A stretch of DNA of 64,000 nucleotides. Origin: an uncultured cyanobacterium. Lineage in GTDB: Bacteria > Cyanobacteriota > Cyanobacteriia > PCC-6307 > Cyanobiaceae. Position 1 is the stretch's first letter. Every line of letters starts with the position of its first letter. Below, piece after piece: positions 1 through 9,992 of the stretch. The notes under the pieces were generated by a model that saw nothing but the letters and a program-made list of their open reading frames with translations, was not told the DNA's origin and did not search any database. Position numbers and translations under genes: made by a program. The stretch spans positions 64,001 through 128,000 of the forward strand of contig CAVXWZ010000008.1 in the NCBI GenBank assembly GCA_963765575.1, in the 5' to 3' direction.

Positions 1-1956
1 GAAGGGGCCGGTGACGCGGTTGCCCTCTTCGTAGGTGGTGCCGGTCACGGCCCCGGAGCGATCGCGGGAGGTCTGGGCCACGCGGGCCGGCGACTGCACG
101 CTGAAGCGCTGCCAGGGCTCAGTGCCGTCGATCGGCTGGGGGAAGTCGGCCTCGCCCACGGCGGCGGCACCGCAGGCCTGCAGCTGCTGGTCGCTGCCCA
201 CATAGGGGGTGCCGGTGACGTCTTCGCAGGCGCCGCGCTCAGCCCCGGTCATCACGCCGCCGATTCCGGGCTGGATGCCACTCATGCGGCTGGCGCCGCG
301 CAGGGGTGTGCGCGAACGGATCGTGCGCACCTGGGGAGTGGCGCAGTAGTCGGAGGCCTGCTCGAGGCCGGCGTAGGGGGTGCCGGTGACCGCCTTGCAG
401 GTGCCCGGCTCATCGCCGGTGACGTTCTCACTGCGGCCGGTGCGGGTGCCGCTCACCACCTGGGCCCGGTTGGTGACGCTGAATCCCACCTTGGCGGCCT
501 CGGCCCGGGGCCGTTCACCGCAAAAGCGCTCGTACTGCTGGCTGCCGATGTACTCGTCGCCGGTGACCATGCGGCAGCTGCCGGGCTCATCGCCGGTGAC
601 GCGCTCGCTGCGACCCACGTGGGTGCCGGTGATGCCGGTGCCCCGCAGGGTCTGGAGGCTGGCCACCTTGGCGGGGGCGGTGCCGGTGCCCGGTGCCTCG
701 CGGCCCAGGTACTGGTCGCCGGTGAGCTGCAGACCCGACCCGGGCTCGTCGCCGGTGACGCGCTCGCTGCGGCCCACCATCACCCCGGACACCTGCTGGC
801 CACCGAGCGTGGCGCTCTGGCCGACCTTGCGGGGGGTGGGGCTGACCGAGCCGCAGTAGCTCGCCGACTGGTTGGCGGAGACGTATTCGGTGCCGGTCAC
901 GAGCTTGCAGGTGCCGGGCTCATCGCCGGTGACCTTCTCGGAGCGGCCCACCTCGTTGCCCGTGACCCGGTTGCCATGGCCCGTGGCGCTGACGCGCACC
1001 TTGGCGGGCTGACGGGTCGGGGCCTCGCTCTGGCAGAAGGTCTGGAACACTTCGGCCCCCAGGTATTCGGTGCCGGTGATCGGGCGGCAGGTGGCCGCCT
1101 CATTGCCGGTGGTCTTGGGCGAGCGGTTGGCCTGGGTGCCGGTGACCACCTGACCGCCGCTGGTTTCACTTTCACCCACCTTCCAGTGGGCATCGGCGGC
1201 GGCCATCTGGCGGGCGCCGTGGCGGTTGGGGCCGGTGGGGCGGGTGCCGCCGTTGCGGGAGCAGCCGGCGCTGCCGACCTTGCTCTTGAGATCGCGCACC
1301 TTCTGGGCCAGTTCGCGGGTGCTCATGTCGGGGTGGCTCTGACGGGCCACGGTGGCCGCCATGCCGCCGCTGGGGAGGGCTGCCGACTTGCCTCGGCGGG
1401 ACATCGCTTCCCGGCGCGCCAGCGCCAGGGAACGGCTGGGGTTGTACTGCACCGCTGCGCGGCGCTGCTGGCCGCGGCGGTCTCTGATCCCCGACTCGAA
1501 GCTGGCGCCCCCGAGGCTGCCGTCACCGGTCCTGGCTGCCGGGCGAGCTGGCGGTGCCACTGGGGTCGACTGCTGCGACGACGGACTGGGGAGGGCGGCC
1601 CGGAACAGGTCGGAGCGGATGCGGTCTTTGGAGCTGTTGGCGCGTTTGCCGCCCCGGCTGAGGGCCTCGCGACGGGCCAGCACCAGCTCCCGGCTGGGAT
1701 TGTTGAGGCGTTGCTGGGGCCGGCTGCGGGGCCCGGGGCTGGCCAGGGGCGCGGCCGCTGCTGCCGGCGTCGATGGCGGACGGCTGCTGGACACCTCCGG
1801 CGTGCTCACTGGGGTGACCGTGCGGCTGGGGCGAGCATCAGCGGCCGTACGCACGCGCCCGCCGCCGGAGCTGAAGCGAGCGGCAGCCTTCTTGCCAGCG
1901 CTGGTGAGCGCGCGGCGACGCTCCAGTGCTGCTTCACGGCTTGATGTGCTGGCCAT
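1..1956 (-). CDS. csoS2: Alpha-carboxysome scaffold protein CsoS2 (3' end runs off the window)
   Basis: Not in the ORF track because it has no stop in the window. Manual translation from ATG 1956 gives MASTSSREAALERRRALTSAGKK, with four Arg-rich N-repeats, six M-repeats with [VI]TG triplets (e.g. RSERVTGDEPG), and NRVTGPF in frame at position 1. It lies directly downstream of rbcS. Confidence 0.96.
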   Translation of the reverse strand, partial: MASTSSREAALERRRALTSAGKKAAARFSSGGGRVRTAADARPSRTVTPVSTPEVSSSRPPSTPAAAAAPLASPGPRSRPQQRLNNPSRELVLARREALSRGGKRANSSKDRIRSDLFRAALPSPSSQQSTPVAPPARPAARTGDGSLGGASFESGIRDRRGQQRRAAVQYNPSRSLALARREAMSRRGKSAALPSGGMAATVARQSHPDMSTRELAQKVRDLKSKVGSAGCSRNGGTRPTGPNRHGARQMAAADAHWKVGESETSGGQVVTGTQANRSPKTTGNEAATCRPITGTEYLGAEVFQTFCQSEAPTRQPAKVRVSATGHGNRVTGNEVGRSEKVTGDEPGTCKLVTGTEYVSANQSASYCGSVSPTPRKVGQSATLGGQQVSGVMVGRSERVTGDEPGSGLQLTGDQYLGREAPGTGTAPAKVASLQTLRGTGITGTHVGRSERVTGDEPGSCRMVTGDEYIGSQQYERFCGERPRAEAAKVGFSVTNRAQVVSGTRTGRSENVTGDEPGTCKAVTGTPYAGLEQASDYCATPQVRTIRSRTPLRGASRMSGIQPGIGGVMTGAERGACEDVTGTPYVGSDQQLQACGAAAVGEADFPQPIDGTEPWQRFSVQSPARVAQTSRDRSGAVTGTTYEEGNRVTGPF

Positions 1957-2055
1957 CGGCGCCCTCGCGAGAAATTCTGGTGGGAAGTGAGAGGGTCCCG
2001 GCTGAAGCCGGGACCCGGAACGATCCGCAGGGGATCGCAGAGGCTGGGGCGGGGC

Positions 2056-2397
2056 TCAGCGGCCCTCGAACACCACGAAGCAGGCACCCTGGCTCTGGGT
2101 GTAGGCGTCGTAGCCCACCAGGCGCACGTGGTGGTCGGGATAGGCCCGATGGCAGGCCTCCAGCTCACTGACAATCACACCCAGATCCTTCTCACCAAAG
2201 AAGGGCAGCTTCCAGAACGACCAGTAGGTGGCCATGGAGCGGCTGGGGTGTACGTGCTCGATCAGGGGGCTCCAACCCTGGGCAATGATGTAGGCGATCT
2301 GGTCATAGATCTCGTCCTGGGTCATCGGCGGGAGGAAGCCGAAGGTCTCCAGGGTGGCGACTGTTTGATAGTCACCCACGGTGCTCTTGAAGGGCAT
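2056..2397 (-). CDS. rbcS: RuBisCO small subunit, Form IA
   Basis: ETFGFLPPM, YWSFWKLPFFG and VRLVGYD motifs; follows rbcL. Confidence 0.99.
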   Translation of the reverse strand: MPFKSTVGDYQTVATLETFGFLPPMTQDEIYDQIAYIIAQGWSPLIEHVHPSRSMATYWSFWKLPFFGEKDLGVIVSELEACHRAYPDHHVRLVGYDAYTQSQGACFVVFEGR

Positions 2398-2491
2398 GGG
2401 GATCCTGTTGCGGATGGAATGAATGGATGCGGTTCTTGATCACCGGGGCAGCAGGGAGATGGTCTCGCCTGCTCACCCCCTCATGGTGTGA

Positions 2492-3904
2492 TCAGTTGAC
2501 GTCGAGCTTGTCGACGGTGTCGAACTCGAACTTGATCTCCTTCCAGGTCTCGAGAGCGATCGCCAGCTCGGGGCTGTGCTTGGCCGCTTCCATGAGGATG
2601 TCGCGGCTTTCCTTCTCGATCTCCCGACCGGCGTTGCGGGCCTTGACGCAGGCTTCCAGGGCCACGCGGTTGGCTGCGGCACCAGCGGCCGAACCCCAGG
2701 GGTGACCGTGGGTACCACCACCGAATTGGAGCACCGAATCGTCGCCGAAGATGGCCACCAGGGCCGGCATGTGCCACACGTGGATACCGCCGGAGGCCAC
2801 GGCGAACACGCCGGGCATCGAGCCCCAGTCCTGATCGAAGAAGTTGCCGCGGCTGCGGTCCTCAGGAATGAAGGATTCGCGCAGCTGGTCGATGAAGCCC
2901 AGCGTCGTCTGGCGGTCACCTTCCAGCTTGCCCACCACGGTGCCGGTGTGCAGCTGGTCACCACCGGAGAGGCGCAGGCACTTGGCCAGCACCCGGAAGT
3001 GGATGCCGTGCTTGGGGTGACGGTCGATCACCGCGTGCATGGCACGGTGAATGTGCAGCAGCATGCCGTTCTTGCGGCACCACTTCGACAGACCGGTGTT
3101 GGCCGTGAAGCCACCGGTGATGTAGTCGTGCATGATGATCGGCTGACCCAGTTCCTTCGCGAACTCGGCCCGCTCATACATCTCTTCGGGAGTGGAAGCG
3201 GTGCAGTTGAGGTAGTGCCCCTTCTTCTCGCCGGTTTCCTCCTGGGCAAGTTGAACGGCCTCGGCCACGAACTCGAAGCGGTTCTGCCAGCGCTGGAAGG
3301 GCTGGGAGTTGATGTTCTCGTCGTCCTTGGTGAAGTCGAGACCGCCGCGCAGGCACTCGTAGACGACCCGGCCGTAGTTCTTGCCGGAGAGGCCGAGCTT
3401 GGGCTTGATCGTGCAGCCCAGCAGGGGACGGCCGTACTTGTTCATCCGGTCGCGCTCGACGCAGATGCCGTTCGGCGGTCCGGGGCAGGTCTTGATGAAG
3501 GCCATCGGGAAGCGGATGTCCTCCAGGCGGAGGTGCCGCAGGGCCTTGAAGCCGAAGACGTTGCCGACCAGGGAGGTCAGCACGTTGGTGACGGAGCCTT
3601 CCTCAAACAGGTCGAGGGGATAGGCGATGAAGGCGTAGAACGACTCCTTGTCGCCGGGCACATCTTCGATGCGGTAGCAGCGGCCCTTGTAAAAATCCAG
3701 GTCGGTGAGGAGTTCGGACCACACTGTGGACCAGGTGCCGGTGGACGATTCGGCAGCCACGGCGGCGGCCACTTCTTCCTTGGGAACGCCTTCTTGACCG
3801 GTGACCTTGAAACAGGCCAGCAGGTCGGTGTCGAGGGGAACGTAATCAGGAGTCCAATACGTGTCGCGGTACTCCTTAACCCCTGCGTCGTACTTCTTGC
3901 TCAT
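2492..3904 (-). CDS. rbcL: RuBisCO large subunit, Form IA
   Basis: [14 protein letters not shown]-terminus, [10 protein letters not shown] catalytic motif, 470 aa. Confidence 0.99.
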   Translation of the reverse strand: MSKKYDAGVKEYRDTYWTPDYVPLDTDLLACFKVTGQEGVPKEEVAAAVAAESSTGTWSTVWSELLTDLDFYKGRCYRIEDVPGDKESFYAFIAYPLDLFEEGSVTNVLTSLVGNVFGFKALRHLRLEDIRFPMAFIKTCPGPPNGICVERDRMNKYGRPLLGCTIKPKLGLSGKNYGRVVYECLRGGLDFTKDDENINSQPFQRWQNRFEFVAEAVQLAQEETGEKKGHYLNCTASTPEEMYERAEFAKELGQPIIMHDYITGGFTANTGLSKWCRKNGMLLHIHRAMHAVIDRHPKHGIHFRVLAKCLRLSGGDQLHTGTVVGKLEGDRQTTLGFIDQLRESFIPEDRSRGNFFDQDWGSMPGVFAVASGGIHVWHMPALVAIFGDDSVLQFGGGTHGHPWGSAAGAAANRVALEACVKARNAGREIEKESRDILMEAAKHSPELAIALETWKEIKFEFDTVDKLDVN

Positions 3905-3980
3905 GGGGATGGTGCGGTTGGGTCGGGGACGTGGATGAGAGAGCTTCTTGCCTGAAGGGCTGAGTCAGGCCTCAGACGAC

Positions 3981-4295
3981 TCAGTCCTTGGAACCGACGA
4001 AACCGGCACTTCCGCTCAGGGCAGGCTCCACTTCGCGATGGGGGCGGGCAATGATGTGGGCGGCCACCAGTCCATCGCCAACGCGCTCGCAGGCATCAGC
4101 GCCGGCACGCACAGCAGCGTTCACGGCACCGGTTTCACCGCGCACCATCACGGTGACGTAGCCGCCGCCGACGAACTCGCGGGCAATCAGGCGCACCTCG
4201 GCGGCCTTGGTCATGGCGTCAGCCGCTTCAATAGCCGGCACCAGACCGCGGGTTTCGATCATGCCGAGGGCGATGCCCATGGTTTCGTTAGCCAT
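3981..4295 (-). CDS. csoS1: Carboxysome hexameric shell protein CsoS1A (BMC-H)
   Basis: GIALGMIETRGLVPAIEAADAMTKAAEV and AAHIIARPH; first gene of the cso operon. Confidence 0.98.
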   Translation of the reverse strand: MANETMGIALGMIETRGLVPAIEAADAMTKAAEVRLIAREFVGGGYVTVMVRGETGAVNAAVRAGADACERVGDGLVAAHIIARPHREVEPALSGSAGFVGSKD

Positions 4296-4400
4296 ATCCG
4301 GTTGGGATGGAGGGGGGAAAGGGGCCGCACCAACACTCGGACTTCAGAGCACCCCCCGTCAAGCGATCCGAGCGGTTATGACCATCACCGTTTCGGGCCT

Positions 4401-4425
4401 CACTGATAAGCAGCACTGATTAGTG
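4401..4425. promoter_or_regulatory. Candidate LysR-type (CbbR/RbcR) binding site upstream of the cso operon
   Basis: TAA-N7-TGA (4407-4419) fits the TNA-N7-TNA consensus. CACTGATAAG/CACTGATTAG direct repeat and GCACT-N4-AGTGC inverted repeat in an AT-richer divergent intergenic region. Confidence 0.4.
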
Positions 4426-4515
4426 CCTCACAATTCGTTAGGGAATGCTTGGGCACTGGCGCGTGTGGGCTCTGGGACACAATGGCGGCTGCTGCCGCTG
4501 CCAATGCCAATGCCG

Positions 4516-5100
4516 ATGCCGGTGCTGGTCATTGCCAGTGGCAATCCCCACAAGGTGGCCGAGCTGGGCGGGATGCTCGCAGCGGTGGATCTCGACGTGC
4601 GCCAACAGCCCCGGGGCCTGGAGATCGAGGAGACAGGATCCACCTATGCCGAGAACGCCCGCCTCAAGGCCGAGGCGGTGGCAGCGCTCACCGGCCAGTG
4701 GACCCTCGCCGATGATTCCGGGCTGGAGGTGGACGCCCTGGGAGGCGCCCCGGGCATCTACTCGGCCCGCTACGCCCCCAGCGATCGCCAGCGCCTGCAC
4801 CGGCTGCTGAGCGAACTGGGTGACACCCCCTACCGCGGCGCTCGTTCCGTGACGGCCATGGCCCTCGCCGATCCCACGGGCGTCACGGTGCTGGAGTCGG
4901 AGGGGCTGTGCCACGGGCTGGTGCTGCAGGAACCCGATGGCGCCGGCGCCGGCTACGAGCCGATCTTCTATGTGCGCGAAGCCGGCAGCAGCTACGCCCG
5001 CATGGGCCAGCACCTTCGCAACCGCCTCGGCAGCCGCGGCAAGGCCGCCCAGCAGCTGGCCCCGGGGCTGCGCCAGCTGCTCGGGCTGGATCAGCCCTGA
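4516..5100 (+). CDS. Ham1/RdgB-family non-canonical purine NTP pyrophosphatase-like protein (cso-associated paralog)
   Basis: IASGNPHK, IEETGSTYAENARLKA and ADDSGLEVDALGGAPGIYSARY. Start is ambiguous (ATG at 4504, 4510 or 4516). Confidence 0.9.
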   Translation: MPVLVIASGNPHKVAELGGMLAAVDLDVRQQPRGLEIEETGSTYAENARLKAEAVAALTGQWTLADDSGLEVDALGGAPGIYSARYAPSDRQRLHRLLSELGDTPYRGARSVTAMALADPTGVTVLESEGLCHGLVLQEPDGAGAGYEPIFYVREAGSSYARMGQHLRNRLGSRGKAAQQLAPGLRQLLGLDQP

Positions 5101-5116
5101 GCTGTGTCGTTGATGC

Positions 5117-5932
5117 TCAGCCCTGAGCAGTGGCGTTGATGTGGTGGATGGCGCGCATCGCCGCCGCCGCCGCTTCCTCTACATCCCCTTCACGCCCGGC
5201 CAGGGTGAGGCGGCCGAACGCCCCCACAGCCTTCACGTCCACCACCGTGATGTTGGACGACTTCTCCGCTTCGTTGGCGGCAATCAGCACATAACCGGCC
5301 GGCTCCGTTTCGAGGATGAACATGCTCATCCCCGCCTGGATCATCGATCCTCTGCGGTTCTGACGGTTGATCAGCACAGCATGGTCGGGGGTGATGGCGC
5401 GGATGATCTCGGTCCAGCTCACGTCGCAGCGGCTGCGCTGCTGCACGGTGTTGCCGATCGCCTCCAGCACCACATCGCCGGAGTGGAGCACATTGCTCTG
5501 GTCACGGTGATAGAGGGCCAGGGAGCCGAACGCCCGCTCCACGATCATCTGGCCGAGCCGCACGGTGCTGGCCTTGAGGGCGATGTCCGTGACCCGGTGC
5601 ACGGCCATTCCAGGAGACACCTCCAGCCAGAGGCAGGCGTCGCCGGGGATCGGCAGAAAGCCCTGGCTCACGGTGCCCATGTAGGCCGCCAGCTGGGGCT
5701 GCAGCGAATCAAGGAACACGTAGGTGCGCAGCGCGATCGACTGCACATGGCTGTCCAGCCGAGCCAGGCGACTGCCCTCGCTGTCGGTGGTGATCACACA
5801 GCTGGCGCCGTCGCCGCCGACGTCGATGGCGGTGCCGGTGATCCTCGCAGCCCCGCTGTTCAGCCCAGCCGTCTCAAGCCCCTTGCGCCGCCGGATCGCC
5901 AGGTTCTCTCGTGAACGGCTGGGCGAAGGCAA
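5117..5932 (-). CDS. csoS1D: Tandem-BMC carboxysome shell protein CsoS1D
   Basis: [25 protein letters not shown] and [12 protein letters not shown] start is uncertain. Confidence 0.95.
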   Translation of the reverse strand: MPSPSRSRENLAIRRRKGLETAGLNSGAARITGTAIDVGGDGASCVITTDSEGSRLARLDSHVQSIALRTYVFLDSLQPQLAAYMGTVSQGFLPIPGDACLWLEVSPGMAVHRVTDIALKASTVRLGQMIVERAFGSLALYHRDQSNVLHSGDVVLEAIGNTVQQRSRCDVSWTEIIRAITPDHAVLINRQNRRGSMIQAGMSMFILETEPAGYVLIAANEAEKSSNITVVDVKAVGAFGRLTLAGREGDVEEAAAAAMRAIHHINATAQG

Positions 5933-6085
5933 AGGAAAGGGGCTGCGTGAGCGGGGTGGGCGCGGTGGTGAGCGGTGCTACTCAGGCGAGCCTGGTGCTG
6001 GCGCGGATCTTACCGTCCGGCCCCGGCTGGCCCTTGCTCAGACCCTCAGAGCCGGTACCGTCCCGGCAGCGGCAACTGGAGTTCC

Positions 6086-6577
6086 ATGGCTGGCAGGCAC
6101 AACCCCGTTGAGGCCCCCCCGCGCAGCACGATCCCCACGGAAACCCTGCCCCACGGCTCCGGCTTCCCGCCAGTGGCCGACTGGCTGGCCGAGGCCAGCG
6201 CCCAGGGCATCCAGCCGGAGCAGGCGCTGGCCCTGATCGGCTTCGGCCTGTTCCAGCGGCTGCGCAGTTCCGGTGACGCACCCACGTGGGTCTGGAACGA
6301 AGCCGAAGACGGCGGCAGTGCCGATCTGTCCGGCCTGCGCCAGCGCCTCGAACTCACCCGCCTGGCGATTGAGACCGGAGCACCCCTGAGCACCGCGGAG
6401 GTCACGACCCTGCTGGGCGCCCGGCCTGGCAGCGCCGTGGTGGAGCGGGGCGGCCTGCGCGCGCGCCGCCTGAGCCGCAATGTCTGGAAGCTCAGCCAGG
6501 CCGATGGCAGCAACGACGATGGCCGCGACGACGGCTATGGAGGTGGGTTCGGCAGCAGCTTCCGCCGCCGCCTCTGA
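6086..6577 (+). CDS. Conserved picocyanobacterial hypothetical protein next to csoS1D
   Basis: Coding-like composition with LRQRLELTRLAIETGAPLSTAEV...RNVWKL; ATG 6086 in frame; position recalled as syntenic. Confidence 0.75.
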   Translation: MAGRHNPVEAPPRSTIPTETLPHGSGFPPVADWLAEASAQGIQPEQALALIGFGLFQRLRSSGDAPTWVWNEAEDGGSADLSGLRQRLELTRLAIETGAPLSTAEVTTLLGARPGSAVVERGGLRARRLSRNVWKLSQADGSNDDGRDDGYGGGFGSSFRRRL

Positions 6578-6608
6578 CCTTGATGATCTGGGCTGCGTTC
6601 GGTTCGGC

Positions 6609-7625
<1,017 letters not shown>

Positions 7626-7703
7626 TTACGGAGGGGGGCGTTCAAGCCTGCCGCCCGGACCGGCTGCTCAACACAGAGTAAAAACACCAGAACGCTGGCC
7701 CGA

Positions 7704-8180
7704 TCAGCCGGGCGCCTGGCTGGCGGGCGCTGTTGTGCCGGGGGAGGTGTCAGCTGCCTCGGCTGGCGCCGGAGCGGTGGCCGGGGGTTGTTTCCACACC
7801 ACCCTGAGGCGATTGGGCGCGATCCACTGGTTCTGCTCGCGGATCAGCCGTTGCTCGCCATCCACCCTGAACAGGGCGTCGAAGCGCTTGCGAGCCCGGG
7901 CCAGCTTGACCTGCTCCAGCTGGAGCACTGCCGCCAGTTCGCCCTGGCGATCCATGCGCTCGCGATAGACACCGGCCAGGCGGGCCAGGCTGATGCCGAC
8001 CACAGCCACCAGACCGAGCTTGACGGTGAGGCCGATCAGGCTGCAGATCAGGTCGCGGCGCTCGCTGGAGAGGCTGGCGGCAGCCCCGGCCTCGATCAGG
8101 GACGGGCGAGCGGTGGCTCTGGGAGCGCTGGCTCGGGAAGCGGCCGCCGGCTCGGTGGCGGCGGGCTCGGTGGCGGCCAT
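7704..8180 (-). CDS. Conserved cyanobacterial bitopic membrane protein with coiled coil (FtsB/Slr1601-like, putative)
   Basis: One TM segment (LGLVAVVGISLA), a coiled coil and C-terminal EQNQWIAPNRLRVVW. Alternative start at 8213. Confidence 0.7.
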   Translation of the reverse strand: MAATEPAATEPAAASRASAPRATARPSLIEAGAAASLSSERRDLICSLIGLTVKLGLVAVVGISLARLAGVYRERMDRQGELAAVLQLEQVKLARARKRFDALFRVDGEQRLIREQNQWIAPNRLRVVWKQPPATAPAPAEAADTSPGTTAPASQAPG

Positions 8181-8436
8181 GAATGGTGAGCCCGCCACCG
8201 ATGGCGTGGCCATGGAGGGTGTGGCCACGGAGGAGATGGCGGCCTGCCAGGGATGGCGCTTGGAGGCACGGCCCCCGCGGGGCGATCGCCGCTGAGGGGC
8301 GCTCAAGGCTCTAGGGGACGTTGTTCCCACGCTTTTAGCGCTCCAGCGTCTGTCTGCCAAGGGTGGAGTCTGCCAAGGCGGCCAGTCTGCCCAGGGGCCA
8401 GCCTGCTTAGGGCCAGCGCCCTGATCGGCGAGCGGA

Positions 8437-8541
8437 TCAGGATTTGTAGAGGCTGACACTGAGGCGCACCGCCAGGACGCCGGCGTGGGCGGCCACCACC
8501 AAGGCGATAAGGATCTGGGCCTGGCTGAGGGAAGAGACCAT
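8437..8541 (-). CDS. psaM: Photosystem I subunit XII
   Basis: Below the ORF-track cutoff. Manual translation is MVSSLSQAQILIALVVAAHAGVLAVRLSVSLYKS* (34 aa), matching the PsaM pattern IALVVA...LAxRLxxxLY. Confidence 0.93.
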   Translation of the reverse strand: MVSSLSQAQILIALVVAAHAGVLAVRLSVSLYKS

Positions 8542-8679
8542 GGCGGGCAGACAAACGGAAGACCGGCACCATTCTTCGGCCCTATCCCGCTACGGTCCAG
8601 CTCCGGATGGGGCGCTGTCACAGCTCTTGACGCTGCAGCCCCTGTCCGCTCCCCTGGCCCCCATCCCCTGCCCTGTCCT

Positions 8680-9189
8680 GTGCCCGCTGACTGCGACCCG
8701 TCTTCCGCAGATCGATCCCTGCGCATTTCCGCCGCGGCGATCCGCAACCTCGACCTCGCGCCCCTCGCTGGCTGGGCGGCCTGCACACCTGCGCAGATCC
8801 TCGCTGCCGTCGGCAGCCTGGAGCTCGACTACGACTGGCCGCGCGCGGATGACGACCCCCGCGAGCTCTCTGAGATCCCCGAGCTGCGCCTGTGGACCCT
8901 GCGGGCCGATGCCCATTTCCCCTGGTTGCCGCTGGTGATCGAGCGCGGCAGCGGCCAGCTCACCCGGCACGTGGCCATGCTCCTGCCCCATGGCTTCAGC
9001 CGCAGCGAAGGGATTCGCTTCGCCCCGGAGGCCCTGGAGCTGTGGCTCACCCATCGCCTCTATCTCCTGGACCACTGGGCCGGCGCTCAGGGATTGAACT
9101 GTCGCCAGGGGCTGGCTCAGATGGCGGCGGTGTTGGGCCTGGAACTCGATGCCAGCTTCTGGGATCAGCTCGACCGCAGCGCCGGCTGA
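8680..9189 (+). CDS. CRR6-family NDH-1 assembly factor (DUF1817)
   Basis: DPRELSEIPELRLW, PWLP and HVAMLLPHGF motifs; GTG start inferred. Confidence 0.88.
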   Translation: MPADCDPSSADRSLRISAAAIRNLDLAPLAGWAACTPAQILAAVGSLELDYDWPRADDDPRELSEIPELRLWTLRADAHFPWLPLVIERGSGQLTRHVAMLLPHGFSRSEGIRFAPEALELWLTHRLYLLDHWAGAQGLNCRQGLAQMAAVLGLELDASFWDQLDRSAG

Positions 9190-9992
9190 TGGCCGGGCGC
9201 CGCTTGCCCACGCTCAACCTGGGGGGCGCCTGGCAGATGGCGATCGATGCCTGGCTGCTGGATCAGCGGCAGCCGGCCCTGCGCCTCTACCGCTGGCAAC
9301 GCCCCTGCCTGTCGCTGGGGCTTCACCTGCGGCGCCTGCCCCAGACCTGGTGGGACCTGGCCACCGGCGACCAGCTTGAGCTGGTGCGCCGCCCCAGTGG
9401 CGGCGGCGCCGTGCTCCATGGCGGAGACCTGGCCTATGCCCTGGTCTGGCCAGACCCGCCTGGCAACCGGCGGCAGTCCTACCGCCAGGCCTGCCGCTGG
9501 CTGCAGGAGGCGTTCCAGGCCTTGGGCCAGCCTCTTGGCTTCGGCGACCAGCCCGCCGGCCTGGCCGCGGTCAGTTGTTTTGCCACCAGCACCGCGGCCG
9601 ATCTCATCCACGCCAGTGGTGTCAAGCGCATCGGCAGCGCCCAGCACTGGCGGGCGGGCTGCCTGCTGCAGCACGGCTCGATCCAGCTGGCCCCCGATGC
9701 CTGCCTCTGGCCGCGGCTGTTCGGCAGCCCAGCGCCCTGCCTGCCGGCGCTGCCGGTCACGGATGGCGAGCTTGAGGCCGCCCTGATCGCCGCCGCTGCC
9801 CGTTGGTTGCCCCTGCCGCCCCTGCAGCACCAGCCGCTCAGCGCTGCAGAGCTGGCGGCCATCGCCGCCAGGCTGGATCAGATGCGCCCCGAGGCTGGCT
9901 GGCCGACCGCTGAATCCGCGGCCGAATCGTCCACTTCGCCCGAGGCCAGCATCGAGCGCACCACCTGGGGCAACGCCAGGCCGAGGGGATAG
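9189..9992 (+). CDS. Lipoate-protein ligase A family protein
   Basis: MAIDAWLL, VRRPSGGGAVLH, KRIGSAQ and LQHGS; TGATG coupling to the CRR6 gene. Confidence 0.9.
   Translation: MAGRRLPTLNLGGAWQMAIDAWLLDQRQPALRLYRWQRPCLSLGLHLRRLPQTWWDLATGDQLELVRRPSGGGAVLHGGDLAYALVWPDPPGNRRQSYRQACRWLQEAFQALGQPLGFGDQPAGLAAVSCFATSTAADLIHASGVKRIGSAQHWRAGCLLQHGSIQLAPDACLWPRLFGSPAPCLPALPVTDGELEAALIAAAARWLPLPPLQHQPLSAAELAAIAARLDQMRPEAGWPTAESAAESSTSPEASIERTTWGNARPRG

Noticed and set aside
200..1190. Recurrent GCCGGTGAC / CTCATCGCCGGTGAC repeats as a CRISPR array or DNA element
   Set aside because: They are the codons for the VTG/VTGDEPG protein repeats of CsoS2.
619..3955. Long plus-strand ORFs (441 aa, 459 aa and others) opposite csoS2 and rbcL
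   Set aside because: Antisense shadow frames expected in high-GC DNA with biased codon usage; no recognisable motifs. The same applies to most of the ORF track.
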